Below, one piece after another: positions 11,803 to 24,268 of a DNA stretch of 64,000 nt; position 1 is the stretch's first letter, and each line of letters starts with the position of its first letter. Below the pieces are notes generated by a model. It had not been told where the DNA came from. It saw only the letters and a list, made by a program, of their open reading frames with translations, and did no database searches. The DNA comes from Pseudovirgaria hyperparasitica (taxonomy: Eukaryota). The stretch lies in the NCBI GenBank assembly GCA_010093815.1, contig ML996569.1, one strand, 5' to 3'. The translations under genes were made by a program, and so were the position numbers.

Positions 11803-11957
11803 ATCTCAGTAAACTCAGACCCCCACGTACGTAATCAACGTCAAGCCGCTAAGACGACGAGGGTCTCAGGGTCTGAGCCTTTTTGGTTCAGACCCTCTTG
11901 GAGAAAGGCGTAGCGCCTTGGCGTCCTCTTCGTAGAGAGGTCTGAGTTTACTGAAAT
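11803..11957. mobile_element. MITE-like element (~150 bp)
   Basis: Perfect 16-bp inverted repeat TCAGTAAACTCAGACC (11806-11821) / GGTCTGAGTTTACTGA (11939-11954). Internal hairpin AGGGTCTGA..TCAGACCCT reuses the motif. No clear TSD. Confidence 0.55.
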
Positions 11958-12279
11958 AAAGTCACGCAGCAGCATCGTATCGCGATAACCCAAGGGTTTT
12001 GAAAGCAGAAGAATCCGACTCCAAAGTTGTTATCCCATTAAGGACTGAATTTACGTACTCAAAGGGATCACTATGTGCTCTATTAGCTACCTGAGAGAAC
12101 ATGTCCTCACGTCAGGAAGCTGTTAAAAGAGAGATCTGATTCAGAGTCGATGCCATATGAGACTAGCAGTTCTCGAGTATTGAAGCTACTCACGTGCAAC
12201 AACATGATTAGTCTGCTTACTTTTGTCGCTCAGTACTCAGCGTCAAGCACTCCACGCTCGTCATTGGAGATCGTTCGTC

Positions 12280-12410
12280 TTAGGAGTTCGTTCATTGCAG
12301 CTCGAATCGAAGAATCTCATCAGTGGGCAAGAAATGCAAAGCTCAATAGGAACCTATTTCGCTATCTCTCCTCCATCGCCACAGTGTTCCTTCCTTTATA
12401 CATGATCTAA
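12280..12410 (+). pseudogene. Possible CorA-like membrane-protein remnant
   Basis: IEESHQ..NLFRYLSSIATVFLPL resembles the CorA-type LT..A..FLPL helix. Isolated fragment ending right after the motif. Confidence 0.3.
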
Positions 12411-12710
12411 ATAGGAATGACCATATTTCTATCAGTCGAGCCCATCGGCGCAATGCGCATCTCAAGGGGGTAGTCCCACCGTAAACACCACACTCCATTT
12501 TAAAGGAGAAAAGAATGATATAGAGAATAGAGAAGGAAGTTCCCTGTCGACTCTGTGGCCTAGAAAACATACGCATGTGGTATCAATAAGAGAGTGCAAA
12601 CAGAATAAAACATAGACAACGCCACCAAAGAGTAATGCTAATATGTACGATCGAAATTCCCATCAAAGTGCCGTTAATCCGTGGCCGTCATCGTCGTCAA
12701 GTGTCATGCA

Positions 12711-14779
12711 TCATCTGCCGAGGGGTTTGGTTTCGTAATCACTAGCCCAACCTTGTTGCTGGTAGCTTTGACCGTTATCTTCGTCCTCGTAGAAATCACC
12801 GCCCGAGCTAGCATCAAAGCTACTGCGGGCACTGATGTCGCCTTCATACTCATCAGGAGGACCTGGTGGAAGCGAGTCCCATTGCAACCCAGCAAGAGCC
12901 GGATATTGGGCGAGCAGTGCAGCAGGCAAAGCATATCCGCCCGAGGAACCAGGCATGCCCATCCCGCTGTCCATGCTAGGACCGGAGTATTGGCCAAATG
13001 CTGAGCCCGCAGACATCTCCATGCCTGGAATTGGTGGTACCATCGTGCTCATCATGCCGTTTTGCTGCTGCATTTGTTGTTCTTCTTGCCAGCCCCTCTC
13101 CTGTGCTTCTTCGTCAAGCAGGGGCCGGATGCACACACGACCCGCCTCTGATCGAAAATGTCGTCCAAGGGCATCAGCACGAGCAAATCTGCGGCCACAA
13201 CCCCAGGTTCCATTTTCTTTGAGGACGCCACGACATACGAACTTCTTCTCTCCAGAGTGGAGACCCTCGTGCCTCTTCCGGTCATGCTGACGTGCGAAAG
13301 CTTTACTACAGACGCTACAGACGAAAGGACGCTCGTCGGTGTGCGTGCGAAGATGTGAGCGCAGGTTGTAAGCACGTGTGAATCGCTTTGGACATAGAGA
13401 ACATTGAAATGTTGCTGGATGCTTCTGTTGGCGCTTCATGTTACCGCCTTCTGTGCCTGACCCTGTTGAGGCAGGTCTGGACGGGTCTGCTAGGTCCAGG
13501 ATGTAGTCCCGGTTAGGCAGATTGGACGTTGAGGACCGGCGAGATGATTTTGTGGATGGGGACGGAGAGCGTGAAGTGGCAGATCTTGGTGACAGGCCTT
13601 GATCATCACCAGGGCTCGAAGCACGAGTGCTTTGACTGCTGAAAGGATCAGACTTTGCGCGCATGCGATTCCGGCTTCGCGCTGGTCATAATTGTTAGTC
13701 TCAGTTTAACCAATGATTTAAATATCCTCACATCTGTCTGGAGGACTTAGAGCGTCGCCTGGATGCTGCTGAGCTGGCTTAGGAGGCTCAAAACTTGTTT
13801 GTCTGGACGGAGGCGCAAAGTCAATATTGATCTCGGGAGGAGACATCTGATCGGCGTGACCACTATAGTCTTGAACAGTGCCTCCAAGAGTCGGAAACTG
13901 TTCCTGTGCTTGGCTGGAATATATGCCTGAATTGGGCCCTAGGCCATAATTGTCGGCCTGTGTAAAAGGGGGAAGCTGATGTTGCTGTGGGAGCAAACTG
14001 GGGGAAATATGAGGACTGTGGCCAGGAGACGGCCCTCGATTCTCGTTCAAAGTGAAGTGCCCAAAGCTGGAGAGATCTTGGAACAACGCAGGGTCCTGCT
14101 GGGCTCCCAAGAGTGGTGATGGGTTGTTTTCTGGATCAAAGTTGTCTTGGTTCCCTAGATATGGCGAAGGATGTGCGGAGTTTGAAGAGACATCGGAGAA
14201 GGTGTCTGACGGTGCTCTGTGGTGACCGAACCTCATGTTCCCCCACTCATTGTTCTGCATATTCTGCATAGGAAAGGCGGCACTAGAGGGATCGAGGGAG
14301 GCATGTCTCGAGTGGCCCGGTGAAGGAAAGCCACCTTGGTTCAGGTTCGGCGAATGGTGAGGGCTTATACTTGTGGCGCGGTGCATATTGTTATGCGGTT
14401 GTAGGAGGTGAGGAGGGGTTGGTGAGTGGGCTTGCGACGTCGCCATCTGGCTCATGAGAGAGTTCGAGTCTAGCAGTGACGGATCGAGGAAGGTGTTGTT
14501 GGAGGTCTGATCGTCAAGGAACGAGGGATCGATAGTGTTTCCAAAGATTCCCGAGCTATTACTGTTGTCAATGCCGACGAAGTGATTTGATTGTGGGTCG
14601 AAGCTAGTTTGGTTCAGGTCGTATGGCTGGGCAGAATTCGAATTGAGCTGTGAAGTGAACTGAGGCTGGTCCAAGGCTAAGCCAGTGGCAGTGGAAGGGT
14701 CGAAGGAAGCATGTGGCGAAGGCGAAGGGGAGTGCCTTATATGAGCATGCGAGGCAGAGGGAGAGCGACCCCGGTCCAT
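12711..14779 (-). CDS. CRZ1: Calcineurin-responsive C2H2 zinc-finger transcription factor Crz1/CrzA
   Basis: MDRGRSPS start; [11 protein letters not shown] docking-like motif; [37 protein letters not shown] fingers; intron 13682-13731 joins two ORFs in frame. Confidence 0.95.
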
Positions 14780-16643
14780 GGTGTAGACAGGGCGAATGAT
14801 GCTTTTCTGGGAAGACAAAGTGAGAGCTCTGACCAGGGACCCGTCACAGTCTCGGCGGGATATGGGCAGCTCTGGTGCGCGTAACGAGTGGTTGGGAAGA
14901 CAGAATAGACTGGTGAGAGCCTCAGCTTGCGCGCGAGTCTGCAGAAGGGCGGCAGAAGTGCGGATGGTGGAATGTAGAGGGCGAGGCGCAGCAGTAATTG
15001 AGTTGATGTTGGAGTCAAGGATGTATGGACGTGCGACGCGACAAGAGGGGCTCGAAGTAGATTGGCGGTAAGCGGCTAGAAGAGCAAGTTCAGGATGGAA
15101 ACCAAAATAGACAACAAATCTCGCTCGGCAGCGCTTGCTGAGAGGAAGCTGGCGCGTCGAGTGGAGACAGAAGTGAGAAGGGACGATTGTTGTTCGTGTG
15201 CTTGGAAGCGGGCTGTGCAGCGTGCGCGGTGCGAGGGATGAAGGGATGATGAGGTTTTGGAGAGAGATAAGTCAGCAATGCGGCCCCGCTGACGTGGTAA
15301 GAAGTTGGAAGATGGAGAGTTTCAGTTATTGAGACGAAGGAGTTTCGCAATCAGATGTAAGCAAAGATCAGATTGAGGATATAGAGAAGGAAGTGTTGTT
15401 TGAAGCATTCCTAAGTATCGCGAAATGACAGGAACCAAACCACCTACACTGTTGCATAATACTGTACGAAACTCAGGAACCGGACCAACAGACCAGAAAT
15501 AGGCAGCAAAGACTGATGGATCATGTGGGGGAACTTGAATCCCGATTCTGTTACGCAGTTGACAGTCCGGTGCAGGTATAATCCAGAATGTAAGCACCCG
15601 AAATAGTAGTATATACTTACTGTACTGTTATTAATTACAAGCAAAACGCCAAGGGAGCCAGGACCGGGAGTTTTGCTGCCCGTGCCGCGTAAATGGCCCC
15701 TAATTTCTCGCAATTGCCCGCCCAAGAGTCCGTGAATGCAACATTTAGCTTTCTCGGCGTCGTGTTTCTGTGAATAGATCTACAGTATTATCATACGATG
15801 ACGAATGGAGAGTCAGAACTGCAGAACTGCGATAATTCACTCGCCACACCCTGCTTTCCAAATCAACCTCGTACTGGCTTGCGATTGGCCAACTTCCCGC
15901 TCAAGCCACCGCCAAGTGAGCCATGTAGAGCCCTGATACTGGGACTGGGCACATTAGTGACAGTACACTTGCATCCTACTGCCGGTCGATCTCATGCACA
16001 CTGAACACTCTGTGGTCAACGAGTCTGCAACCGTAACATCCTCATCAACATCTGTGCATGATAAACGCCCTTCCTTCCCCGCATTGAAACCATGATAACG
16101 TACTGCACTGCTCGTCTAACCAACTACGGACGCCTCAAGCGCACACGATGCATCGCAATCAATGCTAATTATCTATCCTCGCTGTCCATGCACGCAAACA
16201 GCTCTGGAAATACGCGACCATGACTCTTTCTCTCTGTAATAAAGTAAGTCCGAATATAGCAGCCCTGCAGTTACATTTATCGCCATTCTGTCGAATCATA
16301 TTCCCGCAGTCTTCTGTCCTGGTACGGATGGATCCATGCCTAACCCCACTTCCCGTGCACAGCCTCGCCCGTCGGAGCGTAAGGTGTACTGTACCCACCT
16401 GTAAGGCTATTTTGCGAGGCAGACTTGCGCTCAACATCATATGTTTCTATATTTAGAGTTCTGTCGTAGTTACTCCCTGTGCCGCCTTGTAGACTGCCTT
16501 CATACCTACCTACACCTAGTCCTGTCGTCTCGTGAGAAGCATGCCCCAGCATCCAATCAGTTGGTATTTACAGCATTTTTGGCTCCATAGCGTATGAAGC
16601 GCCAAGCCTATTATCCTAGGTACACACCTAATCACTGAGCACA

Positions 16644-17605
16644 ATGTCAAATCCCCAACTTGATGCTGCCTCTATCGCCCGTCTCTCCTTGCACGATCCT
16701 ACCTCCTTTGGCATCCAGCACTCCCAAACTCTGCACCGTATAGCGCTTCTACAGCACTGGAACATTTCCCCGGGCTCAAGAGTGCTGGAGATAGGATGCG
16801 GGCAAGGTGACTGTACGACCGTACTCGCCCATGCCGTGGGCGAAAACGGGAGCGTAGTGGCGGTTGATCCCGCCGAACTGAACTATGGTATGTATAATGT
16901 ATGTCGCTGTCAGTCTTGGCGAACGAGCGGAACACGGCGGAGTACCTAATAATACTCCTCCTACCTTACAGGTACTCCCATACCCTCGGCCAAGCACAAG
17001 ATCACATCTCGCAAGGTCCGCTGGGTAAGCAGATTACCTGGGTACAGCAATCACCGCTGGAGTACCTCTCTTCCTTGTCTCCACGCACTGGTGACAGCAA
17101 AGCATTCGACGTTGCAGTACTTGCCCACTGCCTCTGGTACTTCTCTTCCCCTTCACTTATCCTGACGACCTTCCGCGCACTTAGGCAGCATAGCAAGCGT
17201 CTCCTCCTTGCGGAATGGTCGTTGGTAGCAACGTACTCCGCCGCCCAGCCTCACGTACTAGCTGTACTCGCCCAGGCCGCACTCGAGAGTCATAAATCCA
17301 AAAGTGACTCGAATGTCCGCACAGTGCTGGGACCAAAGCGACTCACCAAGCTAGCCCTGGCTGCTGGATGGCAGTTAGAGAGTGAGGCTCGCTTGCAATG
17401 TGGCGAGGGACTGTTAGATGGACAATGGGAGGTTTCAACTTGTCTTTCTGCGTCTTTTGAGAGAGAAGTCGAGCGAGTAAGCGATGAGAGGGAGCGAGGT
17501 GTGATTCTTGCATTGCGAGATGCGTGCGAGGCGAGCTTGGAGGGTGTATGTGAGGGTCAAAAGGGTGTTAGGGGAATGGATGTCTGGGCTGCTAGTTTCA
17601 GCTAA
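16644..17605 (+). CDS. Class I SAM-dependent methyltransferase (UstM-like family), apparently frameshifted after its intron
   Basis: VLEIGCGQGD motif I, VVAVDP, FDVAVLAHCLWYF, LLAEWSL. Intron 16888-16971. Exon 2 appears one base short. Confidence 0.8.
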
Positions 17606-18696
17606 TCAAACGAGTCGTTCAGGGCTATGTAGATTGACTACCGATTAGTACACAGGCTGATTAGAGTTCCGAATAGCACAGTATCGCATGCAGCTATCGT
17701 GGCGGAGGGGCCGTATAGGACTAATTACCTTTATTGGAAGGATCCAGTACAACGTCTTGGTAGTACCTTCTCCATCGGTAAGCCGAATTACACGTTACAA
17801 GTTCGAATCTTGTAGTATCTACAGTAACCGTCTAGAACTATGTCTCGCTGCTGTGTTCTGCCTCGTCTTACTTCCATTAAGCGTATCGAAACAAACCCCC
17901 GCTGATCTGAAAAGACTTAGCCATTCATAGTAGTAGGTAAAGCGCATCACTAAAGTGCAAGTCCTGAATCTCTCAGCTACTGAACCTTGCAAGTCATCCG
18001 TACGTCACTGGGGAACAGATTTTGTCCAGGTGACTTGACAATCTGGATGATGAGGTTGCACCATCGAAAGAAACGACTAACAGATGACGAGAAGAAAGCT
18101 CATGGTAATCATTATAGAGATAAATTGTATATTGGCGACTTTTTGAGTATAGGTTCCTAGCCACGAAAGCTTGTTACATTTTACTCCCAAAGCTTCTTAT
18201 GACCGGTATAGAATGGTAGATATAATATTTAGATATCCAGTGCCGAAAGGCATAGAGATTAATATGTTTGTACGTTACTTATAGATAAGCTCATATCTTT
18301 TATGAACATTAGACATGCACCTCTATTTTGATGGAGCCACTTGAGTCTAAGTCGTATCCTTATTTGACTGCTGTCAACCAAAACATACCGATGGTCTGGG
18401 TACAATTCACTTCAATCAACCTGCAGGACTATTTTATAGACGTCTTGCGTTAAACCTCACGAATGGGCCCCTACTCTGATCTCTGCCTCCATTCCGCTTC
18501 GTGAAAGCTGATGCTTTTCTGACACTACTTCAAGATAAATACTAGGGACAAGCCTGAGTATGAGCCTCCCATAACGATAGCTACGATAGTGGCTTTGGCT
18601 AAAACGGCTCCTGCTACAACTGGCACGCGCTACATCCTGCTCACGCAAGGGAGACTGGAGAGTTCTAACACACAATGTCACCGCCAGCCCCCATAT

Positions 18697-21203
18697 TTAC
18701 CCAAACTTCAGCCCGTTACTAGCATTCCATCGCGCGTCTTTCAAAGGCTTCGATCCAGCACTCTGTCCATCTCCAAATTTGATTCCCATTTCCGGTGTCC
18801 ACATTCCTGCGACCGGACCAGCATTTGCCCTCGTCGGTGTCGGCGCCGTTAACGGCTCAGCAGGCGCCTCTACGGGTGGTTGATTCGCTGCATACGACTC
18901 GCTCCTTGCCTCTGCCTTTTTCTGCTCTTTCAAGACATGTGCATTGTCTAAACTTAGACTCGCCATGCCTGTACTTAGATCACTTTCCAACTGACTTGCC
19001 TCGGCGCGGCGCTGATATGCAAAATTGCGAGAATCGTCGCGGAACCGAGTGGTGATCTTTGCCAGGTCATTATAGAATCTCCTCCCAACCTCGACGTTGT
19101 TGATGATCTCCTTATACTTGAAGAAAGCGTTTTCGAGCATTTGTAGAGCTTCCTCGCGGTGCTTAGAGGATGTGTCGCCTTTTCTAGCGGTCGTGAAGGC
19201 CGAGTTGGCTTCTTGTAGGCGACGCACAAGCTCGCGCTGTTCCTTTTCTTCCTGTTTGACCATGGCTTGGTCGTCGTCGTATAGTTCTAGCCGTTTCTCG
19301 AACAGGTCTTCGAACTGGACGGCCTCGATATTTTGCATCGGGTAGTCTCGCTCAAGCCGTGCTGCCTCTTTGAGAAGTTCTGCGCTGATGTCGTCTTGTT
19401 TAGCCTTGATGCGTAAATGCTCAACTTTTCGCTTTCTTTTGTTTTCAAGCCGGTTCACTTCGTTCAGACATCCTCGCAACTTGCTCGTCTCTTTTTCCAC
19501 AGCTGGATTCAGAGTGACCCGGCGACTGCTTGGAACAAATTGTTCCAGATCCCGATCTGTTGCACCCAGGAGTGTGATGTGATACTCATGTTCCTTTAGC
19601 TTCTTGCGTACGAGACCATCACTGTTATCGGCTTGCTTCAGATAGCCGCCAATTTCATCAATCTGGGCAAACAGCTTAGGCATCGCGTCCACAGATGCAG
19701 GCCTTGCCCATCTTTCTGTCCCATATTTACGACGCGCTCTGTCATCCTCCCCTTGTTCTGCCCTAAGTAGATCGACACCTTCTTGATAGCTCGCAGTATC
19801 ATTGTCTCGGACTTTCTTAGTCTCTTCGATAGATCTTCGTATACGGTTGATTCCATCTTGATCCCTGATTTCTTCGGCGTGAGCAACGAGGCCAGGGGGC
19901 AGGCCAAGAGGCTTCTCGAGAGCCTGTAAAGATCCTGGCAGGTTAAGACTTGTGAGCATGTCGTGTATCTTTGCATTGAGCGCTTCTAGCTCTTCAATGA
20001 TACCATGGTTGATTAGGCGGTCTCTGCGATCGGCGTATATACTCGCGGCGAGGTGCACCGAGTACGGTACAAGTTTCGAGAATAATGGTGCTCCCAATTC
20101 AGTCTTCTCGCCCAGCTTAGACGTAGCATTGGCTAGCTCCTCCGGTACCTTTGACGACACCATATTTGCTCTTTCCAACGACTTTAACTCACTTTTTGGC
20201 GGCACTATCTGCAGATAAATCATGTCATTATCCTTCTCCGCTCTCTTCAAGTCTTCTTGCACTATGTTCTTCAGACCCGTGAGATCGCCAAGGACGACTT
20301 TGTTGATATATCGTGCTTCTTTTAGACCTTCACTCACGCATATCAGGCTGTCGTTCAGCCTCGCGACTTCTTCGCCAAACTGTCGTTTCTCTAGACAGAA
20401 GCGAGACGCCCGGTACTGAGCAGCAGCAGCAAAATGGTGGTGCTTTGCTGTCATATGATGTATCCATTCACTGCTAATCGAATCCGATTTGATCCCAGCT
20501 TCGCCACTCTCGTTATAGTAGTCTGAAACCTTCGCCGCAAGTTTTGCTATTGAGGAATCCTTCAGACCAGTCTTGATGGCTTTCTGCCAGACACTCTCTT
20601 GCGCTTGGGCTAGCATCAGCCGCTCGAGACTCTCCAGCGTCATGATGTCCATGTCGTCGGGTGGTGTAGACCGCATTTCCGGTATGACGGTAGACTTGAG
20701 ATACGAGAGTACTCCTGCTGCCATCGAGAAGTAATTGCAGGCTATTTTCAAGCCTTGCTCCGTGTTTCGATTCGAGGAAACAGCTAATTGGGAGTACATA
20801 GAAGCCAGGTTGAATACGACATTTGCCAACTCAAACCGCAGGTTGTTCTCCGAATTTGGGCGCGAGGTCTGGTATCCTATGGCAGGATACCATGTGAAAT
20901 CCACCCCAATATCTATGGGAAATTTGCCCGTCAACCATATCAACTGCGCTGCATATGCTTGTATCCTCTTAACGCCACTGACATGTGGCTCTACAGCATG
21001 GGCCGCACTTTTTCGTAGCTCATCAATGGCATCGAGATCGTTCTTGAACATGTCAGGGTGCTGATCATATTTCGTGGATATGTATTGTCTGATGGCATCC
21101 GACAGTTTGATCGTGTGGGTGCGCCTGAAAGGCAGGAGAAGCATATTACTTAAGTCTGTTAGCAGAGCTCAAAAATGGAACATGACACGACTGACGAAGA
21201 CAT
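18697..21203 (-). CDS. RIM20: pH-response regulator PalA/Rim20 (BRO1 + ALIX V domain)
   Basis: YDQHPDMF, FTWYPAIG, KDNDMIYL, LNLPGSLQALEKPLGLP motifs. 8-nt first exon ATGTCTTC, intron 21149-21195. Confidence 0.95.
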
Positions 21204-21780
21204 CTTGACATTGACCAACGACTCGGATACATGCAAGCGTGCAGATGTTTACGCGTTGGTGTTAGGAAAAGAATGACGTTCCGCCCCAGTCTTGAGCACC
21301 GCCACATGCCATATGGCCGATGCTCTTCACTTGCCCCGCGATTTCTACTAGGCTAGCCACTGCGACTGCTCAAAGCCGCAAGCATTTAGACATCACTAAT
21401 TTAGGGCGCAATGACTTTCGTAATGCGCTCTAATATGACAGTCTATAATGATCTATGAGATGGTGCGAAAGATCTTTTGACAGTAGAGTCAGATTCTCCG
21501 GCCGAGCAATAGTGAGGGCTATTGAGACAGTTCTGATACGCCCGTGGGACACAAGGGCGGCCTGCAGCCCGCGACCAGATGGATATGTAATCCGCGCAAG
21601 CAGCCGTGTATCACGCAATCATCAAAGGACAAATCTCCCATATTTAGTCCGTCGCTGCACTAACACACATTCTTGCTCCTTTGTAATCTCGAAGAAAGCA
21701 CTCGACGTACAAATAGCCACGGCAGCCTCTATACCTGATCGTGAACGTCCTAGAAACCACCACCACCAGAGTGCCTCATC

Positions 21781-22152
21781 ATGTCCACGTACAATAAGTA
21801 TCAATTCAACGTCAGCATGTCCTGCGGCGGCTGCTCCGGCGCCGTGAAGCGCGCCATGACCAAACTCTCGCAAGAAGATGCTGGTATGTCCTCCATCTCC
21901 TCCCCTTGATCACGCTACTCCCTCTCTTTCCATCTATGTTGTCGTCCGCTCTAATTCCCAACAGGCAAGGGCATCAACATCGAAGCCTCACAATTCCTCC
22001 ATGAACAGAAGTCTCCCGACGAGCCCAACGTATTCATCGCCATCGACAAAGATGCAGATGCTACAGACTATGAAACCGTACTAGAACGGATCAAGAAAAC
22101 CGGAAAGGCGGTCAACTGGGGCGAGAAGGAGGGTCAGAGGGTTGATGTCTAG
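21781..22152 (+). CDS. ATX1: Copper chaperone Atx1 (HMA domain), 96 aa
   Basis: YQFNVSMSCGGCSGAV metal motif and YETVLERIKKTGK; intron 21884-21964. Not found intact in the ORF track. Confidence 0.92.
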
Positions 22153-22704
22153 TGTGCGTGAGGCAAATGTTGCGGACCCACATGCGAAGAGAAGAGTGAA
22201 TCGTTATGATACCTTGGCATGAAAACATAAATACATGATTATGGCTCGTGCTGCATGACACTGTGCTTTCTTCGTCGAGTATGTACAACTCACCACGTTA
22301 CTTGCCCTAATCGTTGTTACAAGCGACTGCAAGATGTCTGTGTGAAGTGGAGATAAAGCACCCCCAGAATGAGAGGTAAGGATTCTGATTACAGGACTGA
22401 CAAGCCTGTATCGTTCTATGTCTAATGGTGTATCGTAACCAGTGTAATTAACCAAAACCGCAACCTCTAGCAAAATTGTATCCCATGAACGAGTGAACCG
22501 AAATGCCTGTTGTTTCTCTTCGCCATGACAATCTAAACGCCTGAAAATAATGCTGCTTTTGAGATTCACACAACGCTAGAACGCGGGGAAAAATCCAACG
22601 ATGTCGTGTCGGTAAAGAGGATGTGACTATATCGGGTTTGTAGGTGGTGAGTGGTGGAAGTGGAGATCGTAATTCCAGATCAAGCATAGTTCTGTGAGGC
22701 TTTG

Positions 22705-23350
22705 TTACATATGCGCAGTGTTCTCTTTGCGCAGTTGTCGTTGGCGCTGCTCTCGCTGTTCAGCGAAGACCTTCCTGCTCATCTCCAGAACCATCTCGAA
22801 GCCTTCGCGTCCCTTGGCTGCATTCTGCGAGAAGCGTTCAACGGTGACTTGCTCGATACTGTTCTTTACTTTTTGCCATCCGCCGCAAAGGGCGGTGATC
22901 CGTGCTGTTTGCTCAAGTTGTGTTTTTGTGTTTGGTGCAGAGATGGATGGCTTGTAGATGACTGTTTCTTGTACAGACAGTAGTTCTGACCAGGTCATGT
23001 TCATCGAACACATAGTAACCTTCTTCGCCTTCGGATCAACGTATGATGTTTCGTAAACGAGGGAGGTATCCTGGCCGCCCAGGAAGGTATTCAGCCATTT
23101 CGGCGCAGATTGCTTGCACGTTATCAGTCGCTCCGTCCGTAACTGTGCTCTCAGATTAGTTCTCTCCTGTGTTCCTGATAATCTTAGGAATACTCACGAT
23201 GCCTGTGGACGGATCTACACTTCGCGAGAGCGTGTCGACGGCTATCACATGCGGAGTCTTCTCGTTCCATGGACCATATTTCCGCCAGTTTCCAGTCGAA
23301 ACCTCCTCCCACGAGTAGTCAAACTCGTTTGTGGTGGAGAAGACTTTCAT
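22705..23350 (-). CDS. UPS2: PRELI/MSF1 mitochondrial lipid-transfer protein Ups2
   Basis: MKVFSTTNEFDYSWEEVSTGNWRKY, GI|LRTERLITC across intron 23143-23197, ERFSQNAAKGREGFE. Confidence 0.9.
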
Positions 23351-24268
23351 CGCGATACCGCTGAGGGACGGATGAGGTGGACCGTAGATAAAGCTTGTAG
23401 TATTTTCGCGTTTGTTTGATGAAGAGAGACCGGGACCGTCGGGCACTAAGCGTGTCGAAAAATTGCCTTGGCAGGGAGGGACCGGTGACTCGGCGGTGCT
23501 CTTGTTCGCCGTGATTCCTCAGAATTTTCAGTATACTTCGTTGTTCCTCCTCTTACAATTTCATATCCAGTATCGAGAGGGGGAAGACAATGTCGAAACG
23601 CACGCGAGTTACAATTATGGTGGAGATGCGGAAAGAGGGTCACCTGGATTTAAGAGGTGGATCTTTTGTCGAGAAATGCGCTCGAGCTTTTCGCCAACGC
23701 TAGCCAAAATACCGATGTGCTGCTCTTGGATTGGTCAATATTTGCCAGCATTAGAGCCTCACCCGTTTTCTTTTCGACAACCTTGGCGTCTTATCATGGT
23801 CCACGTTGGGGGTATGCCAGGCTTGTTCATGTTATCAAAGCCAAAGAGACTTGTTACCCCTAAAAGTGTACACACTGTTGTACAATACTTAACACCTTTC
23901 TCCGTGGCTCATGTTGTCTTCTTGCTGTGTCAAAACACTATCGTCGCTACAATGAACTGTCTCGGACTTATGTCAGGCCCATCCTGCCGCTAATAAATGT
24001 TGATATAAGCATCAGTCCCTGATTTCGGTCGGGGTCTGTCAAGCCCCCTCAGCGCCGAGGTCGGCTGGATGGAGAACGACAAGCTAGAAAACTGGATCAG
24101 ATCCATCACCTTTGGATGATACGGCATCCCCCTCAATATCTGGTGTGACAATTGTGGTAAAAAACTTTGTTAGAGCTGCATTGCTGATTATGATAATCCT
24201 ATGAAAGCCAGCTCGCTAAAAGCAGTATACGGTAATCGCCAACGATACCCATATTAGCAAATTTCACG

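Noticed and set aside
18000..18450. AT-richer patch with an intron-like CTAACAG
   Set aside because: No coherent frame or recognisable motif.
23412..23993. 193-aa plus-strand ORF
   Set aside because: Antisense to the UPS2 leader/promoter, non-ATG start, no domain-like composition.
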